IMG/VR virus record: IMGVR_UViG_3300021960_000314
Location: 1 to 31,572 of that record
Source of the DNA: a virus
Taxonomy: Duplodnaviria > Caudoviricetes
Reading direction: 5' to 3' (one strand)
Length of the DNA: 31,572 bases
The notes under the pieces are model-generated. The model had not been told where the DNA came from, ran no database searches, and saw only the letters and a program-made list of their open reading frames with translations. The position numbers and the translations under genes are program-made. Positions 25,801 through 31,572 of this stretch are shown piece after piece. Position 1 is the stretch's first letter. Each line of letters opens with the position of its first letter.

Positions 25801-28800
25801 TCATATGAATTTATGAGAGATCAACTTGCTGATATTGTTCTAGATCAAACCGCAACAACAAAACAATCGACAGTTAAACAGTTCAAGTTTGGCACATCAG
25901 CAGGAAATACTGCAAAAGATCGTGTTGTTGAGTTGATGAATATTATTATAGATTTAATTCAAGGAGGTGCAACAACTAGCGCACCTAATGTAGAAGTTGA
26001 TAGTATTTCATCAAATGTAATTACAACAACTACAAGCCACGGGTTAAGTGTTGGAGATTCATTTACACCAAGAACAACTGGCAACGGTTTAACAACAGAT
26101 CAAAAATATTGGGTTGTTAGCACTCCAGCAGCAACTACATTAACTGTTTCTACAGTATTTAATGGTAGTGCAGCAACATTAACCAATGGTTCAAGTTTAG
26201 GAATTATTGCAGATGTTGTTGAAGAACCAGCAGCAACAAATGGTGTATCGACTACTACAGCATTAATTACAGCAGCACAAAATGTTGATGCAGCACAAGA
26301 ATCAATGGTTACTGCTATGAGCAATGCTATAGCAGCAACTTATCCTAACTTAACATATAACGCAGACAAGTGTAAACGTGATGCTAGATTAATTTCAGAA
26401 GCAGTTATGTTTGACTTTATGTTTAACAGTAATCACAAAACATTAAAAGCAGCATACGCTTACTTAAGAAGTACTGCAAGTGATGTATATGACAAAGGTC
26501 AAAAAGCAGCAACTATTTACGCATTTGATTTTATTAAAGATTATATGGACGGTGTTGCAGGCGATGCAACAGCAGAGGCACGTATCGAAACATTAATGGA
26601 AGATTTACTTGATATTATTTACAGTGGATCAACTGAAGGTAGTAGATGTCTTTCAAATGAAAGAAACATACACCACGCAGCAACACAGATATTAAGAAAC
26701 AAAGACTTTATTGTTGCAGAATCAACAGCGTACATTGCAGATACATATAAAGGTACAGTAACAGCAACAACAGCATCTGATAAGAGTATTACAATTAGTG
26801 ATACTAGTTGGTTGCAAAGAGGAACAGCAATTAAGTTCAGCGGAACTATTGTTGGTGCTCCTTCACTTGCTGACAATTCAGACGGTATTATTGCTGGTAC
26901 TACATATTATGTACACAATATCTTAAGTGCAACTAAGTTCCAAATTTCTAATGTTAGAAATGACGAAAACGGTCCGAGAGCAATGGTTGATGACACAGGT
27001 TCAGCAACAGTTGCAATGACTTACAATAGCGAACTTTGTGAAAGAGATGTTAAAGAAATTCTTGAAGCATTGATTTATGATATTACATATCCGGGTAACT
27101 ACAAAACATTACTATGTGCAAGATATTATGGTAATGCAGTAGTTGGATCGCACGAAGAAGATTTATACTACCTACGTAATGGTACAGGTATTAGAAATCA
27201 AACACTTAGAGGTATGAATGGTGACTTGTTAGCACAAAATGCTAATGGTACACGTAGAGTATCAGGCGGTGCATATTGTTCACTTGATCCAGGTTGGGGT
27301 CCAGAAGATTACAGAGTATGGATTACAGCACGTTCTCCATATGTACAAAATAACACAACGTTTGGTAATGCTGGTATTGGACAGAAAATCGATGGCGCAT
27401 TACACAATGGTGGTAACGACTCGATTGTGTCCAACGACTTTACACAGGTTATTAGTGACGGTATTGGTGCTTGGGTAACAAACAATGGTAGAGCAGAGCT
27501 TGTATCAGTGTTTACATATTACTCACACATTGGTTACTTGTCAGAAAACGGTGGTAGAATTAGAGGCACAAACGGTAACAACTCATACGGTGACTTTGGT
27601 TCAGTAGCAGAAGGATTTGATTCAACTGAAACACCAGAAACTGCTATTGTTGATAACAAATTCCAATATGAAGCAACAGTTATAGATGTTACAACTGATA
27701 ATGCAACTGAAGTTTATGCATTTGAATTTGGAAATGCTGGTATTGATTACGAAGAAGCAGAATTCCTAATATCTGGTGCAGGTACAGGTGCGTTTGCTCT
27801 AGTAGATGAATTCAGAGATAATGCTGTACACAGTGTATTCTTAGAAGACAACGTAGACGACAGTGCTAACGCTCCGGAAGTAGTTGGTAACTTTGGCGGC
27901 TTTGGTTATATCAGTAATGCAAACACAGCACAGGGTGGTACATCAAACACAATTACACTTGCTGCTACTGACGCAGAAATTAGTTCAGCATATGTTGGAA
28001 TGAAAGTATATGTAACAGGTGGCTCGGGTGTTGGACAGTTTGGTATTATTAGTGCATATAACAACGGTACAAAACTAGCAAACGTTACTAGAGAAAGTGA
28101 CGGTGCAAGTGGCTGGGATCACATTGTAGCAGGTACTTCAATTGTAGCACCTGATGCATCATCAACATATATTGTTGAACCAAGACTTGAATTTAATGCA
28201 CCTGGATTTACACATTCAGTAGCAACATTACCAAGTACAGGTTCTTGGACAGCAGCACAGTTTGTTGACACAGCAGAAGTTTATCTTCCAACAAGTTCAG
28301 GAGGAACTGGTTCTTCAGCATCCTTCCAAGTTATTAAGAACGGTTGGAAATATGCAGTAAGTATTACATCAGGCGGAACAGGTTATACAAGACTAGATGA
28401 AATTACTATTAATGGTAGTGATCTAGGTGGTGTAGATGGTACTAACGATGTTACAATAACTGTTACAGCGATTAATAGTGCAACTGGTGAAATACTAGAA
28501 ATTGATACAGAAGGTTATGGTAGAGCAGGTGCTTGGGTTGCAGTTAAATCAGGCAGCGCAGCGGGTGCAAGAAGTGTTGATGGCGAAAGTTGGTCAGCAA
28601 CTACACTACCGAGTGCAAGTAACTGGACTGCAATGGCTTCAGGCAAAATTGATGACGGATCATCAGTTTCTAAAGTTTCAAGAATAGTAGCAGTTGCTTC
28701 AGGAACATCTAATGCTGCTTACTCAGCAGACGGTGTTACTTGGACAGCAACTAGTATGCCAGCAAGTGCTAACTGGATTGATGTAGCATATGACAACTAC

Positions 28801-30450
28801 AACCAAAGATTTGTTGCAATTGCAAGTGATAGCTCAACTGTAGCAATTTCACTAGACGGTGAAGTTTGGGATACCACAGGAACACTTAACAGCACAGGCT
28901 TTACTGCTATTACAGCAGGACAAGGTATATTGATTGCAGTTAAATCAGGTACACAGACATCTGCTTACAGTATTGACGGTGGAGTGAGTTGGATTGATGT
29001 AAGCACATTACCAGCAGCAAGTGCTTGGTCAAGTGTAGCATTTGGACAGAACCACTTTGTTGCAACAGCAACTGACAGTTCAACTGTAGCAATTAGTATT
29101 GACAAAGGTGCAACTTGGATTTCAAAAGATATTAGTTCACCAGACTCAACAACACCAGCAGGATTACAGCAGATCAAATACGGACAAGGTCAGTTTATGA
29201 TTACTGCATACAAAGCAGGTGTTGACGGTCAAGGATACACTTATGTTGCAGTATCACAAGACGGTTACAACTTTGATTGGAAAGGTGTTGGATCGGGTGA
29301 TATTACATCAAATGGTTTCAGTGCTGTAGCGTTTGGTACACACCAACGTGTAGGTTACTGGGCAATTATTGACAATGACTCAAGCGATCAAGCAGTAAGA
29401 ATTAAAACTGGTGCAACTACAAAAGCAAGAGCTGGTGTAGCACAGAATAAAATCTTTGAAATTCGTATTACTGAACCAGGTTCAGGATATGATACTGCAC
29501 CAACAATGACAATCACTGACCCAAGTGAGATTTATGCACTACCACAACAAGTTAGAACTGGTAGTGGTGTACTTGCTACTCCTTCATTTAGAAGCAGAGG
29601 AACAGGATATGTTTCAGCAAGTGCTGATCTAACAGCAGGTAATGGTTATGCAGACTTCTTCCAAAGCGGAAACTTTATTGCAATTAGGCAACTAAGCGCA
29701 CTTCCGCCAACTGGATCGAACATTGTATTTGGTCACTTGCCAAATCAAACATTTAAACTAGTTAACATTGTTACACTACTTGGTTCAAATGATGGTGCAT
29801 TAACTTGTTTCTTACAGATATCACCAGAAATGAAAGTTATTAATGTTCCACCACACGGAACAAGTGTAACAACTAGAATTAGATACTCACAAGTACGTCT
29901 AACAGGACACGATTTCTTAGACATTGGTACAGGTAGTTTCACAGAAACAAACTATCCAAACGATCCTTTACAAGATCCTGTACAGGCTAACGAAACTAAA
30001 GAAGCAAATGGTGGTAGGGTGTTCTTCACTGCTACTGACCAAGATGGTAACTTTAGAGTTGGTGACTTGTTTAGTATTGAACAATCAACAGGTGTTGCAA
30101 CATTGAATGCTGATGCATTTAACATTGCAGGACTACAAGAACTATCACTTGGTGAAGTTACACTAGGTGGAGGTTCCGCAAGTATTGATGAATTTAGTAC
30201 AGATCCATTCTTTACTGCGGACAGCGATAATGTTGTACCTACACAGAGAGCTATTAAGGCTTACATCAGTTCACAAATTGGTGGTGGTGGTGCATCACTT
30301 AACGTAAATAGTGTTACAGCAGGTTTCATATACATTGCTGCTGACGCTATAACAACTACTACACAACAGGCAATTAATGTTAATGCGAATATGAACTTTA
30401 AAGGCGGTGTACGTGGTTTACCAGTAGCGTGGAGTTACTTCTTAACATAA
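22891..30450 (+). CDS. Giant multidomain virion fibre/spike protein B (2519 aa), paralog of protein A with extra globin/phycobiliprotein-like and beta-barrel inserts
   Basis: Same domain order as 17323..22860 (MAEFK.. start), plus four C-x-(R/Q)-D helical repeats and three ~80-aa beta inserts. Confidence 0.8.
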   Translation: MAEFKLGRIRFVWKGDWAGSTTYYKDDVVKYGGRTYICAVGHTADSDFYTDLNIVPSKWNQMTDGQSWKGDWTIATDYVINDVVKYGGNLYIANAAHTSAATTALGLEDDQSSWTTYAEGTDWKGNWTVNTRYKLNDLVKYGGNTYLCSTGHTSAATTADGLEQDIGNWDKYNDGIDYKGAWVTATRYKEYDVVKYGANLYIVKAGQHHTASADFSTDQSARWDNFVEGFNYENTYAAGTEYKPGDVVHYGGNTYVAKTISTGQTPPVNASDWDLFATGFKYINNWSIATSYKIGEVVTLNGYTYRAVQDAPSVSMSVTASDNGTLIFTADDTTGLAVGQVIQFTGTTFGNVFTGGTYYVKTVDSATQFTIATVSGGTTFNPTTDTGTMTANATWHPAATAYWNKLNEGISWQGEWTDDYEYEVGDAVKFGDNAFICIQKHRSEGDTDSTIGAEGGGAANSRPDLDITGTYWNQLITGSETSILTNTGDLVYFGGSGVTRLPIGKEGEVLRAGAEYPEWALLGQSNYVYWVAEHGQDKPYPLAGGTVDKPFASVRYACHQIDQGALNSNAKDLLRKNRHFIQREVTEWIDYQVEYFTNTAPDVTSIWYNFTYDDAKCERDTGFIVDALVYDLSTGGNVKSRGAANSYIGALSESEVVAYPNLSAEKDQDIAAFNYMLTLLGHVFAQTDPAVNYQSTNGDNSTSIVTQHKDATIAAESGILAKATALVTIVLNALEDEDASRVPARYMPNSLVKVKTGTYTEVGPILVPENTCVIGEEVRSTTVTMDLGTTHKTDTKYTIETYAHLNDVVQKIVTGATVTATTGNAETQSIAVPFGDTPEAARVDRLMGALIHNTDFRVGTFAHSFRTDPTGYNVGYLTGYGDARSQLSENKEFLKAEVTAYIADQYPNVYYSRTKCKQDVGYILDALTYDMTYGGNSQAIRAGLAYYDGPGGPYAGNFGLDSNEKAATVASYEFMRDQLADIVLDQTATTKQSTVKQFKFGTSAGNTAKDRVVELMNIIIDLIQGGATTSAPNVEVDSISSNVITTTTSHGLSVGDSFTPRTTGNGLTTDQKYWVVSTPAATTLTVSTVFNGSAATLTNGSSLGIIADVVEEPAATNGVSTTTALITAAQNVDAAQESMVTAMSNAIAATYPNLTYNADKCKRDARLISEAVMFDFMFNSNHKTLKAAYAYLRSTASDVYDKGQKAATIYAFDFIKDYMDGVAGDATAEARIETLMEDLLDIIYSGSTEGSRCLSNERNIHHAATQILRNKDFIVAESTAYIADTYKGTVTATTASDKSITISDTSWLQRGTAIKFSGTIVGAPSLADNSDGIIAGTTYYVHNILSATKFQISNVRNDENGPRAMVDDTGSATVAMTYNSELCERDVKEILEALIYDITYPGNYKTLLCARYYGNAVVGSHEEDLYYLRNGTGIRNQTLRGMNGDLLAQNANGTRRVSGGAYCSLDPGWGPEDYRVWITARSPYVQNNTTFGNAGIGQKIDGALHNGGNDSIVSNDFTQVISDGIGAWVTNNGRAELVSVFTYYSHIGYLSENGGRIRGTNGNNSYGDFGSVAEGFDSTETPETAIVDNKFQYEATVIDVTTDNATEVYAFEFGNAGIDYEEAEFLISGAGTGAFALVDEFRDNAVHSVFLEDNVDDSANAPEVVGNFGGFGYISNANTAQGGTSNTITLAATDAEISSAYVGMKVYVTGGSGVGQFGIISAYNNGTKLANVTRESDGASGWDHIVAGTSIVAPDASSTYIVEPRLEFNAPGFTHSVATLPSTGSWTAAQFVDTAEVYLPTSSGGTGSSASFQVIKNGWKYAVSITSGGTGYTRLDEITINGSDLGGVDGTNDVTITVTAINSATGEILEIDTEGYGRAGAWVAVKSGSAAGARSVDGESWSATTLPSASNWTAMASGKIDDGSSVSKVSRIVAVASGTSNAAYSADGVTWTATSMPASANWIDVAYDNYNQRFVAIASDSSTVAISLDGEVWDTTGTLNSTGFTAITAGQGILIAVKSGTQTSAYSIDGGVSWIDVSTLPAASAWSSVAFGQNHFVATATDSSTVAISIDKGATWISKDISSPDSTTPAGLQQIKYGQGQFMITAYKAGVDGQGYTYVAVSQDGYNFDWKGVGSGDITSNGFSAVAFGTHQRVGYWAIIDNDSSDQAVRIKTGATTKARAGVAQNKIFEIRITEPGSGYDTAPTMTITDPSEIYALPQQVRTGSGVLATPSFRSRGTGYVSASADLTAGNGYADFFQSGNFIAIRQLSALPPTGSNIVFGHLPNQTFKLVNIVTLLGSNDGALTCFLQISPEMKVINVPPHGTSVTTRIRYSQVRLTGHDFLDIGTGSFTETNYPNDPLQDPVQANETKEANGGRVFFTATDQDGNFRVGDLFSIEQSTGVATLNADAFNIAGLQELSLGEVTLGGGSASIDEFSTDPFFTADSDNVVPTQRAIKAYISSQIGGGGASLNVNSVTAGFIYIAADAITTTTQQAINVNANMNFKGGVRGLPVAWSYFLT
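22939..24310 (+). repeat. Seven tandem CBM5/12-like repeats, the sixth interrupted by an inserted domain
   Basis: Consensus W...T.Y...DVVKYGG..Y.....HT; boundaries approximate. Confidence 0.75.
24590..27140 (+). repeat. Array of phycobiliprotein/globin-like helical repeats
   Basis: Cores KCERDTGFIVDALVYDL, KCKQDVGYILDALTYDM, KCKRDARLISEAVMFDF and LCERDVKEILEALIYDI, each preceded by A...L..N..F...E...YI (degenerate in the third). Confidence 0.7.
28530..29370 (+). repeat. BNR/Asp-box-like beta-propeller repeats
   Basis: Repeated LP....W..VA....FVA........AYS.DG..W; boundaries approximate. Confidence 0.7.
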
Positions 30451-30470
30451 CATAATGGAGAAAAGTTAAA

Positions 30471-30791
30471 ATGGCAACAGGAAGATTAGGAACAGCAGAT
30501 CTAGCAGCGGCTACAGACACAAGTTTGTACACTGTTCCAGCAGATACATTTAGTGTTATTACACTATCTGTTTGTAATAGGAATGCTAGTTCAGCAAGAG
30601 TTAGAGTAGCGGTAGCATCAAGTGCAACACCAGCAAACGATGAATATATTGAATTTGATTCAGAAATTGTTGGAAACGGTGTTGTTGAACGTACCGGTAT
30701 TGTAATGGACGCAAACAAAATTTTAGTTGTACGTTCAGATACTATTAACGTAAGTGCTGTAGCATACGGCATTGAAACAGCAACAGTCTAA
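30471..30791 (+). CDS. Small beta-sandwich structural/adaptor protein, paralog 3 of 3
   Basis: LYTVP....VITLSVCNR.....VRVAV......YIEFD..I....VVERTGIVMDA...LVVRSD...VSAVAYGIE. Confidence 0.75.
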   Translation: MATGRLGTADLAAATDTSLYTVPADTFSVITLSVCNRNASSARVRVAVASSATPANDEYIEFDSEIVGNGVVERTGIVMDANKILVVRSDTINVSAVAYGIETATV

Positions 30792-30811
30792 CGTAACAAG
30801 GAGAGATAAAG

Positions 30812-31153
30812 ATGGGAAGAGACGTTAAAGCAAATCCAAGAGGAGTTGTACCACCCTCACTCTTCGCACAGGAATCAATCAATGCTACTCAATCAATTGA
30901 AGCAAACAAGATTTATTTTGTAGATACTTCAGCAGGTGTAGCAACATTATCTTTGCCTACAAATCCTTTTGTAGGAGATATTATTAAGATATTTGATGTT
31001 AACGGGTCGTTTAATACAAACAACCTAACTGTTGATCCTGGAGCGCATAAAATTATGCGTAATGCGGACACAATGACTGTGAGTACAGAAGGTGCGGCTT
31101 TTACATTAGTTTATTCAGGCTCAGCAAGTGGCTGGCTTGTAGAGGCGATTTAA
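30812..31153 (+). CDS. Stand-alone T4 gp9/gp10/gp34-like fibre-connector domain protein (113 aa)
   Basis: YFVDTSAG..TL.LP..P..GD.I.I.D..GSF.TNNLTV......I...........LVY.....GW. Confidence 0.65.
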   Translation: MGRDVKANPRGVVPPSLFAQESINATQSIEANKIYFVDTSAGVATLSLPTNPFVGDIIKIFDVNGSFNTNNLTVDPGAHKIMRNADTMTVSTEGAAFTLVYSGSASGWLVEAI

Positions 31154-31166
31154 TAGGAGATTGTAA

Positions 31167-31572
31167 ATGCCATTTAATTATAACAGTGTTAAGAAGATTA
31201 CAAACGACGGTATTGTTGATGCTTCTTTAACTGGTGACGACTTTGGTGCAGGTTCTGTTAACGCAGCAGCCGTTGCAGCAGGAGACATTACTGGTGATAA
31301 GATTAATGCAGGCAACATTACTAGCGCAAAGATAAAGGATAGTAGTATAACAGCAACTTCTATTGCAGATGGTGCAGTTAGTCTATCTGGAGCAATTCCG
31401 ACCGGTACATTACCTGTTGCCAACGGTGGTACGGCATTAACATCTTCAACTGCTGATAGAACATTAATGGTAAACAATTCAGGTAATGCATTAGAATGGG
31501 GCTTTAGTGGCCTTATCCAGTGTAATGTATATACCGGAAACAGTACTTGGAGTAAACCGTCAGGCTGTACTA
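31167..31572 (+). CDS. Tail-fibre-like protein, 3'-truncated
   Basis: Not in the track because there is no stop in the window. AGGAGA RBS, then MPFNYNSVKKIT..., 10-aa repeats (AGDITGDKIN/AGNITSAKIK/DSSITATSIA), the GTLPVANGGT motif, and VYTGNSTWSKPSGCT at the edge. Confidence 0.8.
   Translation, partial: MPFNYNSVKKITNDGIVDASLTGDDFGAGSVNAAAVAAGDITGDKINAGNITSAKIKDSSITATSIADGAVSLSGAIPTGTLPVANGGTALTSSTADRTLMVNNSGNALEWGFSGLIQCNVYTGNSTWSKPSGCT

Noticed and set aside
24590-27140. Concluding that the host is a cyanobacterium from the phycobiliprotein-like repeats
   Set aside because: The similarity is remote and by eye, and the window has no photosynthesis or other host-diagnostic genes.
19620-27590. 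Paralog identity blocks as a DGR template/variable repeat pair or CRISPR repeats
   Set aside because: Both copies are coding, mismatches are not adenine-specific, there is no reverse transcriptase in the window and no regular spacer array.
17323-30450. Inteins or introns explaining the inserts in the giant genes
   Set aside because: No intein splice motifs or homing endonuclease signatures; frames are uninterrupted and the inserts resemble structural domains.
1-31572. Alternative genetic code (stop reassignment)
   Set aside because: Standard-code ORFs tile the window densely, and both TAA and TAG end genes right before the next RBS.

Overview
This window is the virion-morphogenesis region of a large, AT-rich, T4-like (myovirus-type) phage; the host cannot be determined from it. 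In order it contains: a 5'-truncated repetitive acidic ORF; a minus-strand gp26-like baseplate hub gene with a probable -1 frameshift extension; a tape-measure-like gene; the head module (portal gp20, small core protein, an embedded GT42/Maf-like glycosyltransferase-fold gene, gp67-like core, protease gp21, scaffold gp22, major capsid gp23, terminator); and a ~20 kb cluster of paralogous fibre/appendage genes. That cluster includes two giant proteins (1845 and 2519 aa) built from CBM5/12-like repeats, a pectin-lyase-like beta-helix and BNR-like propeller repeats. The most striking observation is four alpha-helical repeats in the 2519-aa protein that resemble phycobiliprotein (globin-fold) subunits and keep the bilin-attachment-type C-x-R/Q-D motif. 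Other notable points are two structured late-leader RNAs (one a probable pseudoknot), leaderless transcripts, a repeated fibre + small adaptor layout, and apparent absence of CATG. All family assignments come from motif recognition by eye; no database searches were run.
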